Below, one piece after another: positions 49,151-59,169 of a DNA stretch of 64,000 nucleotides; the first letter of the stretch is position 1; each line of letters begins with the position of its first letter. Below the pieces are notes generated by a model. That model had not been told where the DNA came from. It did no database searches and saw only the letters and a program-made list of their open reading frames with translations. The DNA lies in the NCBI GenBank assembly GCA_963766715.1, contig CAVYBH010000015.1, positions 192,001 to 256,000 of the forward strand, read 5' to 3'. The DNA comes from an uncultured delta proteobacterium (GTDB lineage Bacteria > Myxococcota > Myxococcia > Myxococcales > Anaeromyxobacteraceae). The position numbers and the translations under genes are program-made.

Positions 49151-50956
49151 ATGATCGGTGCCCGGGCCCTCGGCCTCGCGGCCGCGCTCTGCCTCGCAGC
49201 GCCCGCAGGAGCGTCGACGGGCGCGGATCCGCTCGACGCCGCCTTCGCGCCGGCCGTCGACGTGCGGGCGTCGAGCTATCCGGGGAACGTCTGGGTGACG
49301 GGGAGCATGGCCAAGGTGCGCCGGACCGATCCCCCCGGGCCGGAGCACTGGGCGCTGCTCTCCTCGGCCCGCAACGAGACCGAGTCCTTCCAGGTCCACG
49401 TGCGCGCCCCGGGAGATCTGAAGGGGGTCACGGTGGAGGCGACCGACCTCCGGGACGCCCGCAGCGGCGCCCGCATCGCCGCCGCCACCCACGTCACGGT
49501 GTCCCGCGAGCTCTACCAGCGGATCGAGCCCGGGCTCCGGAGCGACGCGAACGGTCTCTCCGGGGACGTCCCGGACGCGCTGGTCCCTGCGCGCGATCGC
49601 TTCCACGGCGAGCGGCGGAACGCCTTCCCGGCAGACGTCCCGGCCGGGGAGAACCTGAGCGCCTGGATCGACGTCCACGTCCCCCGCGGAATCCCCTCGG
49701 GATGGTACCTGGGCGAGGTCGTCGTGCGCGCCGGGGGCGCGACGCTCGCCACCCTGCCCGTCCGGCTGGAGGTCTGGAACGTGGACCTCCCGTCGACGGC
49801 GTCGCTCCCCACCCACTTCGCGATGAGCTGGAAGGGGGCCTGCGTCCAGGAGTTCGGGAGCTACGAGGCCTGCGGGCGCGCCACGGCCGCCGGCACCCCC
49901 GACGCCGGGGTCGAGCACTTCCACGTGCTCTACGCCACCTTCGCCCTCGACCGGCGCGTGTCGCTCGCCAACGTCACCTACGGTGCGCCACGCGGGGACG
50001 ACTGGAGCCACTTCGACGCCACCTTCGGCCCGCTCCTCGACGGCGCCGCGGCCACGCGCCTGCCGGGCGCGCGCCTCACCCGCTTCACCTACGGGGGCGG
50101 CGGGGACGACGCCGCGGCGATGTCCCGCTGGGCGGCGCACTTCCGGGGGCGCGGCTGGCTCGACCGGCTCGTGTACTACCGGTGCGACGAGCCCGGCCAC
50201 GGGACCTGCACCTTCGAGAGCGCCCGGGCCGAGGAGGAGCGCGTCCACGCGGCGTCGCCGGACATCCGGACGCTCCTCACCACCGACGTCGAGAAGCTGA
50301 CCACGCACGGCCTCCTCGACTCGGTCGACGTGGCGGTCCCGGTGCTCGACCGGATGCAGCCCCACGGCAAGCCCAGCCGGCGCCCGCTCTACGACGCGTT
50401 CCTGTCCCGGGGACCGCGGAAGGAGCTCTTCTGGTACCAGTCCTGCGACCAGCACGAGAGCTGCTCGAACGGGCGCATGGGCCCGGCCCAGGCCACCTGG
50501 CCCAGCTACATGGTGGACGCGTCGCCCATGCGGAACCGCGTCTTCCAGTGGATGGCCTTCCTGGAGGGCATCCAGGGCGAGCTCTACTACGCGGTCGACT
50601 ACTGCTTCACGCGCGACTGCGGCGCGCCCGGCGCCACCTCCCGCGACCCGCTCCGGTCGGTGTACGCCTTCGGCGGCCACGGCGACGGCACGCTCCTGTA
50701 CCCGGGCAACACCCGCACCATCGGGGGCAAGCACCACGTCCCGCTCTCCTCGATCCGCCTCGAGCTCATCCGGGAGGGGATGGAGGACTACGAGCTGCTC
50801 CACCTGCTCGACGCGCAGGGCGACGGCGAGTTCGCGCGCGCCCAGGCGCGGTCCTTCATCCGGCGCGCCGACGAGTTCGCCTCCGACCCGGCCCGGCTCC
50901 TCGCCGCGCGCCAGGCGCTGGGGCGGCGGCTCCACGCGCGATCGCTCGCCCGCTGA
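49151..50956 (+). CDS. Secreted DUF4091/GH123-like glycoside hydrolase
   Basis: Signal peptide, ARNETESFQ, DEP, GDGTLLYPG, SIRLELIREGMEDYE. Confidence 0.7.
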   Translation: MIGARALGLAAALCLAAPAGASTGADPLDAAFAPAVDVRASSYPGNVWVTGSMAKVRRTDPPGPEHWALLSSARNETESFQVHVRAPGDLKGVTVEATDLRDARSGARIAAATHVTVSRELYQRIEPGLRSDANGLSGDVPDALVPARDRFHGERRNAFPADVPAGENLSAWIDVHVPRGIPSGWYLGEVVVRAGGATLATLPVRLEVWNVDLPSTASLPTHFAMSWKGACVQEFGSYEACGRATAAGTPDAGVEHFHVLYATFALDRRVSLANVTYGAPRGDDWSHFDATFGPLLDGAAATRLPGARLTRFTYGGGGDDAAAMSRWAAHFRGRGWLDRLVYYRCDEPGHGTCTFESARAEEERVHAASPDIRTLLTTDVEKLTTHGLLDSVDVAVPVLDRMQPHGKPSRRPLYDAFLSRGPRKELFWYQSCDQHESCSNGRMGPAQATWPSYMVDASPMRNRVFQWMAFLEGIQGELYYAVDYCFTRDCGAPGATSRDPLRSVYAFGGHGDGTLLYPGNTRTIGGKHHVPLSSIRLELIREGMEDYELLHLLDAQGDGEFARAQARSFIRRADEFASDPARLLAARQALGRRLHARSLAR

Positions 50957-51097
50957 CCTTCGCGAGACCGGGTCCCCTGGACCCCTTCCCTTCCCGCACC
51001 CATGTGGGTGGAGCGGCGCGGCCTCCCCACGGCCGGGAAACCCCCGGGAAAGACCGGGGGCTCCGTGCGCCCGGTCCGCGATGTGGCGCCGGGCGGC

Positions 51098-51113
51098 TGG
51101 CCCAGGGGCTGCT
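51098..51113 (+). promoter_or_regulatory. Putative sigma54 promoter for the stand-alone receiver
   Basis: TGGCCCA-GGGG-CTGCT. Confidence 0.5.
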
Positions 51114-51138
51114 TCAAGGGAGTGCGGGAGGAGTTCCC

Positions 51139-51543
51139 GTGAGAGGTGAGGTCGAACCGGCCGAGAGCTGGCCCGCCGTCTTCGTCGTCGACGACGACGC
51201 CTTCCTGCGCGCCCTCGTCGGCGACTGGGTCGAGGACGCCGGCTTCCGCGCCGTGCGGCTCCCCGGGGGAGAGGCCTGCCTCGCGGCGCTCGCCAAAGAG
51301 ACTCCCGTGGCGGTGGTGCTCGACCTGCACATGTGGGGCATGTGCGGCGCCACGACGCTCGACGCCATTCGCATCGCACTCCCCAACCTGCCCGTGATCG
51401 CCCTCACCGGGGAGAGCGACCCGGCCTTCGCCCTCGACCTGGTCGAGCGCGGGGCGAGCGAGTTCCTGGCGAAGCCCGTCCACCGGAACCAGCTCGTCCG
51501 CGCCCTGCTCGCGGCAGCCTCCCTGGAGTCCGCCGCCGTCTAG
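51139..51543 (+). CDS. Single-domain response regulator, paralog of the sigma54 activator receiver
   Basis: GGAGGAG RBS, GTG start, PAVFVVDDD...LDLHM...LT...KPV. Confidence 0.85.
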   Translation: MRGEVEPAESWPAVFVVDDDAFLRALVGDWVEDAGFRAVRLPGGEACLAALAKETPVAVVLDLHMWGMCGATTLDAIRIALPNLPVIALTGESDPAFALDLVERGASEFLAKPVHRNQLVRALLAAASLESAAV

Positions 51544-54431
51544 ACCAGCACGGCCTTCAGGTACTCGGCGGTGCGGCTGCGCCGCTCCCGCTCGACCTCC
51601 TTCGGGTCGACGGCAACGAACTTCTCGTCGGGCGTGATCTTGAAGAGCGGTTGCCCCTTCTGCACAATCGTCCCGTCGGGGCCGGTGAGGATGATCCGGT
51701 CCACCGTGCCGGAGAACTGCGCCCGGACGGTGTTGAACATCTTCATGACCTCGATGATGTAGAGCGCCTGCCCCTTGTCGAAGTGCATGCCCTCGTGGAC
51801 GAAGGGCGGCTTCCCGGGGGCCTCCTGCCCGTAGTACATGCCGCCGCACATGGCCACGACCTCGTCGGCCTTGGTGGACGGCGGGGGCACCAGCACCTTC
51901 TTCATCCGGGCCTGCAGGTCCGGATCGGAGAGGTAGGCGGGGATGGTGACGTCGAGGTCCTCCTCGACGCGGAAGTCGAAGAACTTCACCTTCTCGGCCA
52001 CCATGAAGAGCAGCCCGAGCAGCTCGTTGCCGGTCTCGTACCCCTGGTGGGCGGAGCGGATGCGGGCCCAGGTGTCGGCGTCGTAGCCGCCCTGCGGCGC
52101 CTCGCTCTCGAGGATCTCGGCGAGCTTCCAGAACTCCTGCTTCTCGAGCCCGAAGGTCTTGCGGAGCTCCTGGTAGAAGCGGATCGACTTCTGGAGCAGG
52201 TCGTTGTCGTGCGCCCAGATCACCTCGGCCGCCGGCTTCCTCGCGTCGAACGACATGTTCAGGTACGCGTAGGTGTCGTTGAGGATGCCCAGCGGGTTGC
52301 GGATCCAGGCCACCTTGCCGCCGCGGATCTCGTAGTTCTTCCGGTTGAGCGAGAGCCACCCGGCGAACAGGTGCGGATCGTCGAGCAGCCGCTCCATGGG
52401 GCGGGTGAGCAGCGTGCCCTTGCGGTCGAGCACGTCGTTCGTGGCCTTCACCGCCGACGGGTCGTCGGGGAAGTCGGCGGCGGCCTTCTTGGCGTAGTGC
52501 TTCTTCATCTCGCCGAAGGCGAACGCCACGTCGAGCTTGTTCGACTCGTCCTTCAGCTGCCCGACCAGGGTGAGGTAGGGGACGACGAAGCGCGTGGTGG
52601 GCTTGGCCATCACGTTCTGGCCGAGGAACCAGTTCACCAGGCCGTAGTGGAACTCGAGGTTGGTGGCGAGCATCACCCCGCGGAGGCTGGTGCGGGAGAG
52701 CACGCTGGAGAGCCGCTCGTAGCTCTCCAGGCGGTCCTTCCCCTCGGTGAGGAGCAGCGCGATGTTCGAGTCGTAGGCGCCGGCCACCCGGTAGCGCATG
52801 AACATGCCGGTGTCCGGGTTCACCAGGCTGATGCCCTGGTCGTCCCGGATCTCGCCCTCGACGGGCTTCGACCAGAAGCGGATGACGCCGCCGGCGTGCG
52901 GGGAGAGCGAGGCGTCGGTGGCGTTGAGCCGGGCCTCGGCGGAGGCGCCGAAGCGGGGGACCCGGGTGGGCTTGGGCAGCCGCGCCTTGTGGCGGGCGAG
53001 CAGCGCCATGGCCTCGACGAGCGACTCGACGACGAAGGAGTCCTTCGGGTCGTCGGGGTTCGTGAACTTCAGGCTGTAGCAGAGCTCGGTGACCCGGTGC
53101 TCCACCTGGATGCGGGTGTTGACCTCCATGAAGTAGTAGCGGTCGCGATCGACGATGCACTCGAAGGTGGAGGCCGAGTCGAGCCCCACCGCCGCGCCGA
53201 AGCGGGCCGCGTCGTCCTCCATGCGCCGGAGGATCTCCAGGTCGGTGGCGAGCGACTTCGCCTCGACCTCCCGGCCGGCCTTGCGGGCCGCATCGATGGC
53301 GGCGGTCAGCCCCTCCTGGGTGACCGAGATCTCGAGCAGCTTCTGCTCGTGCATCTGCAGGGAGCAGTCGCGGCCGCCCAGCGAGACGCACCACTTGCCG
53401 TTGCCGAGCAGCTGGATCTCGTTGTGGCGGGTCTGCTCGATGTTGAGCTCGACGAGGACGTTCTTGTTGTCGCCGACGCCGTTGGCCTTGACCTCGTTCA
53501 GGACCTCGCGCGTCAGCGCCGGCGCCTCGGCCGCCGCGGCCGCGATGGCCTTCCGGTCGGCGTCCTTCATGGTGAGCAGCGTGCCGCCCAGGATGCGCTG
53601 CCCCTTGCCGCCGCCGCCGCCGATGGCCTTCAGGCGCACCCGGCTCTGCGGGTACTTCGTGAACATCTCCTCGACCTCGTGCCGGACCTGCTCGCCCAGC
53701 TCGTCGATGGTGTAGAGGTCGAGCCCCTTGGCGTAGGAGGCCATGAGGATGGCGTCGGCCAGCTCGACGAGCGGCTTCTTCGCGTCGGCCAGCACCTTGG
53801 CGTCGACCGCGATCCCCTCGGCCTTGGCCAGCGCGAGCAGCTGCTCGCGGGTGGGGTGCTTGGAGAGCAGCGTGCGGGCGGCCACGTCGTTGACGCCCGG
53901 GGTCACCGAGACCTTCACCTCGAGCGCGGTGCGCTTGGCCTCGTCCTTCTTGCCGGCGCGGGCCTGGGTCCCCGAGTTGGGGCCGATGAACTTCAGGCCG
54001 GCCTTCTCGATGGTGGCCACGAACTCCTCGTCCTCGGCCATGAACCCGTACCCGGCGAAGACCGAGTCGTACCCGTTGTCGTGCGCGATCTGCACGATCT
54101 GCTGCATGCGCTCGACGCGCTCCTCCTTGGTGGCCCCGCTGTAGTCGGGCACCCGGTGGACGCGCCGGGTGTCGGAGAGCTGGCGCAGCTCGGGCGCGAG
54201 CGCGTTGGGGTAGACGATGGAGTCCTTCTCGGAGAGCAGGATCCCGTAGTGGGCAATCCCCATCTCCTCGAAGACGTCCATGGCCTCCTTGCGGATGGGG
54301 CCGCGGCAGACGATGAGGGGCTTCAGGTCCTCGGCGGCGAAGGAGCGCACCCAGGCCGAGGGCGACTGGCCCAGGCGGCGGTCCCGGTGCACGAGGGGAT
54401 TGTTCCGGTAGAGGTCGGCGGTCGCGGCCAT
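51540..54431 (-). CDS. Biotin carboxylase fused to biotin carboxyl carrier domain (acyl-CoA carboxylase alpha subunit)
   Basis: AGYGFMAE, GGGGKG, RDCSLQ, FMEVNTRIQVEH, YDS, biotin-attachment EVMKM. Confidence 0.9.
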   Translation of the reverse strand: MAATADLYRNNPLVHRDRRLGQSPSAWVRSFAAEDLKPLIVCRGPIRKEAMDVFEEMGIAHYGILLSEKDSIVYPNALAPELRQLSDTRRVHRVPDYSGATKEERVERMQQIVQIAHDNGYDSVFAGYGFMAEDEEFVATIEKAGLKFIGPNSGTQARAGKKDEAKRTALEVKVSVTPGVNDVAARTLLSKHPTREQLLALAKAEGIAVDAKVLADAKKPLVELADAILMASYAKGLDLYTIDELGEQVRHEVEEMFTKYPQSRVRLKAIGGGGGKGQRILGGTLLTMKDADRKAIAAAAAEAPALTREVLNEVKANGVGDNKNVLVELNIEQTRHNEIQLLGNGKWCVSLGGRDCSLQMHEQKLLEISVTQEGLTAAIDAARKAGREVEAKSLATDLEILRRMEDDAARFGAAVGLDSASTFECIVDRDRYYFMEVNTRIQVEHRVTELCYSLKFTNPDDPKDSFVVESLVEAMALLARHKARLPKPTRVPRFGASAEARLNATDASLSPHAGGVIRFWSKPVEGEIRDDQGISLVNPDTGMFMRYRVAGAYDSNIALLLTEGKDRLESYERLSSVLSRTSLRGVMLATNLEFHYGLVNWFLGQNVMAKPTTRFVVPYLTLVGQLKDESNKLDVAFAFGEMKKHYAKKAAADFPDDPSAVKATNDVLDRKGTLLTRPMERLLDDPHLFAGWLSLNRKNYEIRGGKVAWIRNPLGILNDTYAYLNMSFDARKPAAEVIWAHDNDLLQKSIRFYQELRKTFGLEKQEFWKLAEILESEAPQGGYDADTWARIRSAHQGYETGNELLGLLFMVAEKVKFFDFRVEEDLDVTIPAYLSDPDLQARMKKVLVPPPSTKADEVVAMCGGMYYGQEAPGKPPFVHEGMHFDKGQALYIIEVMKMFNTVRAQFSGTVDRIILTGPDGTIVQKGQPLFKITPDEKFVAVDPKEVERERRSRTAEYLKAVLV

Positions 54432-54474
54432 CGTGGTGGGTCTCCGGTCTCGGATCTTGGGGTTGGTCGCGGGA

Positions 54475-56199
54475 TCAGTGGAACTCGCGCTGCGGGCCCG
54501 TCATCGCCGACGGCTTGTAGTGGCGGAGCATGAAGGCCAGGTTCTTGCCCAGCGCCTCGCGGAGGTCGGTGGGCATGACCAGCGAGGAGATGGAGCCGAG
54601 GGCGAGGCCCTCCTTCGGGTTCATCAGCTCCTTCTCGTAGCGCCGGTTCAGGGCGGCCTCCTGCTGCTTCAGCCACTCCAGCGCCTCCTTCTCGGCGTCC
54701 TTCTTGGCCTGCGCCCCGTCCATGCCGGCGGCGGTGCGGGCGGCGACGCCCTTCTTCACCATGTCGGCCGCGCCGGCGCGGATCTTCCGCAGCTCGTCCT
54801 TGTAGACGAACTCCTTGCCGGCCGGCCCCATCACGGCGAGGCGCGTGGTGGGCAGCGCCAGCACCAGGTCGGCGCCGGTGGGGTAGTTGTTGTAGGACGC
54901 GTAGGCGCCGCCGAAGGCGTTGCGCAGGATGAGCAGGATGCGGGGCGTGCGCACGTCGACGATGGCGTCGAGCATGGAGCGCCCGGCCTGCACGATGCCG
55001 CGCGCCTCCTGCTCCCGGCCCGGGAGGAAGCCGGTGGTGTCCTCCATGAAGATGATGGGGATGTTGTAGATGTTGCAGAAGCGGACGAACCTGGCGATCT
55101 TCACCGCGGAGTCGCAGTCGATCTGGCCGGAGGAGACGGCGCTGTTGTTGGCCACGAAGCCCACCACGTGGCCGCCCAGGCGACCGAAGGCGGTGACCGC
55201 CTCCTTGGCCCGCTCCGGCTGCAGCTCGTAGTAGTCGCCGTAGTCGCAGATCTGCTGGATGATGATCGACACGTCGAATGGGGTGTTGAAGCCCGTCGAC
55301 GAGTTGAAGGCCTTCTTGAGGAGCGTGTTGATCTCCCAGGTCTTCCGGTCGATCGGGTCGCTCGTCTCCTGGTACGGCGCCATCACCGAGTTGTTGTCGG
55401 GGATGTAGCCGAGCAGGCGCACCGCCTGGCGCAGCGCGGCCAGCTCGTCGGACACGGTCAGGTCGGCCACGCCGGAGTTGCCGTGCACCTTGGGGCCGCC
55501 CAGCTCCTCGGGGGTGATGTCCTCGCCCAGCACCGACTTCACCACGCCCGGGCCGGTGAGGCCGAAGAAGGTGTCGTTGGGCTGGATGACGAAGCTGCCC
55601 TGGCGCGGCAGGTAGGAGCCGCCGCCGGCGTTGAAGCCGAACATGCACATGATGGTGGGCACCACGCCGCTGATCTTGCGCAGCGCCGTGAAGGCCTCGG
55701 CGTAGCCGTCGAGGCCGCCGACGCCGGCCGGCACGAAGGCGCCGGCCGAGTCGTTCATGCCGATGAGGGGGATGCCGCGCTCGCCCGCCAGCCGGAAGTG
55801 CTTGGCCAGCTTGCTGCCGTTGGTGGCGTCCATCGAGCCGGCACGCACCGTGAAGTCGTGGCCGTAGACCGCCACGTCGCGCCCGTTGATGTTCAGCACC
55901 GCGGTGACGAGCGAGGCGCCGTCGAGGTTCTTGCCCCAGTTCTGGAAGAGGACGATGGGCTCCTTGTCGGAGAGCACGCGCATGCGCTCCCACACCGTCA
56001 TCCGCTTCTTGGCGTGCTGCTTCTCGATCTGATCGATGGCGACGGAGCGGATCGGGCGCTGGATGAGGTCCCAGCCCTCCTTCATGGCCTCCTCGTAGGG
56101 GCCGGTCGCGCGCGCGATCTCTCCGGGGATGTTGAACTCGACCTTCTCGGGCGGATCGAGCGGATTGTTCAGGGTCGGCTTGATGGGTCGCTTGGACAT
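54475..56199 (-). CDS. Acyl-CoA carboxylase carboxyltransferase (PccB-like) subunit
   Basis: [46 protein letters not shown]. Confidence 0.92.
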   Translation of the reverse strand: MSKRPIKPTLNNPLDPPEKVEFNIPGEIARATGPYEEAMKEGWDLIQRPIRSVAIDQIEKQHAKKRMTVWERMRVLSDKEPIVLFQNWGKNLDGASLVTAVLNINGRDVAVYGHDFTVRAGSMDATNGSKLAKHFRLAGERGIPLIGMNDSAGAFVPAGVGGLDGYAEAFTALRKISGVVPTIMCMFGFNAGGGSYLPRQGSFVIQPNDTFFGLTGPGVVKSVLGEDITPEELGGPKVHGNSGVADLTVSDELAALRQAVRLLGYIPDNNSVMAPYQETSDPIDRKTWEINTLLKKAFNSSTGFNTPFDVSIIIQQICDYGDYYELQPERAKEAVTAFGRLGGHVVGFVANNSAVSSGQIDCDSAVKIARFVRFCNIYNIPIIFMEDTTGFLPGREQEARGIVQAGRSMLDAIVDVRTPRILLILRNAFGGAYASYNNYPTGADLVLALPTTRLAVMGPAGKEFVYKDELRKIRAGAADMVKKGVAARTAAGMDGAQAKKDAEKEALEWLKQQEAALNRRYEKELMNPKEGLALGSISSLVMPTDLREALGKNLAFMLRHYKPSAMTGPQREFH

Positions 56200-56390
56200 G
56201 GGGACTCGGAACCTCCGACCGCGGGAAGCGCAAGGGGTGCGAAAAAGGAAGCGGATTGTGGCAAGCCCGGGGCGGGGCGGCAAGGGCTTCGGTGCGGAAT
56301 GGGGGAGCGGGATAACGCGCTGCGCCGTGATTTCGGGTGGTCCCGCTCCTTAGGATGCTCCCTCCACGAATTCCATCGGGTAGGGGGCGC

Positions 56391-57194
56391 ATGCCGGGAT
56401 CGCCGGTCGGCGAGGGCCAGAGCCGGGACATCCTGTCGGTCGAAGGGCTCTCGCTCTCGTTCGGGGGGCTCGCCGCGCTCACGCTCGTCGACCTCTCGGT
56501 GCGGGAGGGCTCGATCACCGGGATCATCGGCCCCAACGGCGCAGGCAAGACCAGCCTGCTCAACTGCATCTCGGGCTTCTACCACCCGCAGAAGGGGCGC
56601 GTTTCCTTCGACGGCGCCGACGTGACGCGCGTGGCGCCCGACCGGCGCGCCGCCCTGGGCATCGGCCGGACCTTCCAGAACGTGGCGCTGTTCGAGGGCA
56701 TGACCGTCCTCGACAACGTGAAGCTCGGGGCCCACGCCCGGCTCCGCTCCGGCATCGTCTCCACCATGCTGATGAGCCCGGCCGCCCGGCGCGAGGAGCT
56801 GGCGCTCCGCGAGCAGGTGGAGCACGAGGTCTTCGAGTTCCTGGAGATCGAGCACCTGCGCCACCGCACGGTGGGGAGCCTGGCCTACGGCCTGCAGAAG
56901 CGGGTGGACCTGGCCCGGGCGCTCGCCATGCGGCCGCGCCTCCTGCTCCTCGACGAGCCGGTGGCCGGCATGAACGAGGAGGAGACCGAGGACATGGCGC
57001 GCTTCATCCTGGACGTCCAGGAGGAGCGGGGCGTCACCATCGTGCTCATCGAGCACGACATGGGCGTGGTGATGGACCTGTGCGATCGCATCGCCGTGCT
57101 CTCCTTCGGCGAGCGCATCGCCGCGGGAACGCCCGGCGAGATCCGGCGCGACCCCGAGGTGATCCGCGCCTACCTGGGGGAGGAGGCCGCTTGA
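56391..57194 (+). CDS. Liv-type ABC ATP-binding protein (LivG-like)
   Basis: FGGLAAL, GPNGAGKT, RTFQN, LLLLDEP, IEHDM, AYLG. Confidence 0.92.
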   Translation: MPGSPVGEGQSRDILSVEGLSLSFGGLAALTLVDLSVREGSITGIIGPNGAGKTSLLNCISGFYHPQKGRVSFDGADVTRVAPDRRAALGIGRTFQNVALFEGMTVLDNVKLGAHARLRSGIVSTMLMSPAARREELALREQVEHEVFEFLEIEHLRHRTVGSLAYGLQKRVDLARALAMRPRLLLLDEPVAGMNEEETEDMARFILDVQEERGVTIVLIEHDMGVVMDLCDRIAVLSFGERIAAGTPGEIRRDPEVIRAYLGEEAA

Positions 57195-58090
57195 GCGAGG
57201 GGCTCGTCCACCTGGTGCAGCTGCTCGTCTCCGGGGTGGTCACCGGGGGCATCTACGCGCTCGTCGCCATGGGCTTCGTGGTGGTCTACAAGGCCACCCG
57301 GGTCATCAACTTCGCCACCGGCGAGTTCATGATGCTGGGCGCCTTCTTCGCCTGGACCGCGATGAGCGCGATGCACGCGCCCTTCGTGGTCGCGCTCCTC
57401 GCCGCGGTGGCGGCCTCGGCGATGCTCGGCATGGCCACCGAGAGGCTGGTGCTCCGGCCGCTGCTCGGCCAGCGCACCATCTCGATCATCATGGTGACCA
57501 TCGGGCTGGCGGCCATCTTCAAGGGGCTGGCCCAGATCGCCTGGTCCGGCGACTACCGCTCCTACCCGGCCATCTTCCCGCGGGCCCCCATCGAGCTCGG
57601 GCCCATCCTGATTCCCTCGCGCCAGTTCTACCCGTTCCTCATCGCGGTGGGCGCCATCGCCCTGGTGGGGCTGGGCTTCCGCTTCACGCGGACCGGGGTG
57701 GCCATGCGCGCCACCGCCGACGACCAGATGGCCGCCTTCGGGATGGGCATCGACATCCGGCGCATCTTCTCGCTCTCCTGGAGCCTGGCCGCCATGACCG
57801 CGGCGGTGGCCGGCATCGTGGTCGGGATCATCGGCGGGATCAGCCCGCAGCTGGGGGCCATCGGGCTGCGCACCTTCCCGGTGGTCATCCTGGGCGGGCT
57901 CGACAGCATCGGCGGCGCGCTGGTGGGCGGCGTGATCATCGGGGTGCTCGAGAACCTGGCGGGCGGCTACGTCGATCCGCTGCTCGACGGCGCCTCGCTG
58001 AAGGAGGTCCTGCCCTTCGTGGTGCTGGTCCTCACGCTCATGGTGCGCCCCTACGGCCTCTTCGGCACGCGGGAGGTGGAGCGGCTCTGA
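57191..58090 (+). CDS. Liv-type ABC permease (LivH-like)
   Basis: GIYALVAMGF, INFATGE, VILGGLDS, RPYGLFG. Confidence 0.92.
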   Translation: MSEGLVHLVQLLVSGVVTGGIYALVAMGFVVVYKATRVINFATGEFMMLGAFFAWTAMSAMHAPFVVALLAAVAASAMLGMATERLVLRPLLGQRTISIIMVTIGLAAIFKGLAQIAWSGDYRSYPAIFPRAPIELGPILIPSRQFYPFLIAVGAIALVGLGFRFTRTGVAMRATADDQMAAFGMGIDIRRIFSLSWSLAAMTAAVAGIVVGIIGGISPQLGAIGLRTFPVVILGGLDSIGGALVGGVIIGVLENLAGGYVDPLLDGASLKEVLPFVVLVLTLMVRPYGLFGTREVERL

Positions 58091-58105
58091 CCGCCCCGGA
58101 TCCCC

Positions 58106-59150
58106 GTGCTCATCGGCAACTACAAGGAGACCTACGCCTCGGACGAGGAGCTCTTCCGGACGCCGGCCACCCGCGCCTGGATGGGGGTGGCGGCGGTCGC
58201 GGCGGTCCTGTTCCCCTTCGTCGCCGGCGACTACCTGCTGTACCTGGCCAACCTCATGGCGGTGCTGGCGCTCTCCGCCATGGGGCTCAACATCCTCATC
58301 GGCTTCACCGGGCAGATCTCGCTGGGCCACGCCGCCTTCATGGGGGTGGGCGCCTACGCGACCGCCATCCTGGCCTCCCGCTTCGGCCTCCCCTTCTGGA
58401 TCTCCATCCCGGCCGGAGGCGCGGTGGCCACCGCCGCCGGCGTCGTGGTGGGGGCGCCGTCGCTCCGCATCAAGGGGCTCTACCTGGCCATCGCCACGCT
58501 CTCGGCCCAGGTGATCCTCGAGTGGGTCTTCAACAACTGGACGTCGGTGACCGGGGGCATCCGGGGACTGAACGTGGCGCCCGCGTCGATCGCCGGGTTC
58601 CGGCTCGACACCGACGAGCGGATGTACTTCCTCATCCTCGGGGCGACGGTCGTCGCACTTCCTGCTCGCCTCGAACCTGCGCCGCACCCGCTGGGGGCGG
58701 GCCTTCGTGGCGGTGCGCGACCGGGACGTGGCGGCCGAGATCGTGGGCGTGAACCTCTTCCGCACCAAGATCCTGGCCTTCATGGTCTCGTCCTACTACG
58801 CCGGGATCGCCGGCGGCCTGTGGGTCTACTTCACCAAGGTGGTGACGCCGGAGAACTTCCAGCTCTCCCTCTCCATCCAGTTCCTGGCCATCGTCATCGT
58901 GGGCGGCCTCGGCTCGGTCAAGGGCACGGTCTACGGCACGATCTTCATGACGCTCGTGCCCGAGCTGCTCAAGGCCGGGACCGGCGTGGCCCGCACCTAC
59001 TGGCCCGACGCGCAGTCGTACCTCTTCCCGCTGCGCGACGTGGTCTTCGGGCTGCTCATCGTCGTCTTCCTGATCTTCGAGCCCCACGGGCTCGCCGAGA
59101 TCTGGAACCGCATCAAGCGCTTCTTCTCGCTGTGGCCGTTCGAGAAGTGA
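58106..59150 (+). CDS. Liv-type ABC permease (LivM-like; frameshift ~58660)
   Basis: GFTGQISLGHAAF, LYLAIATL, IVGGLGS, EPHGL. Confidence 0.9.
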
Positions 59151-59169
59151 CACGAAGGAGGAAACCCGC

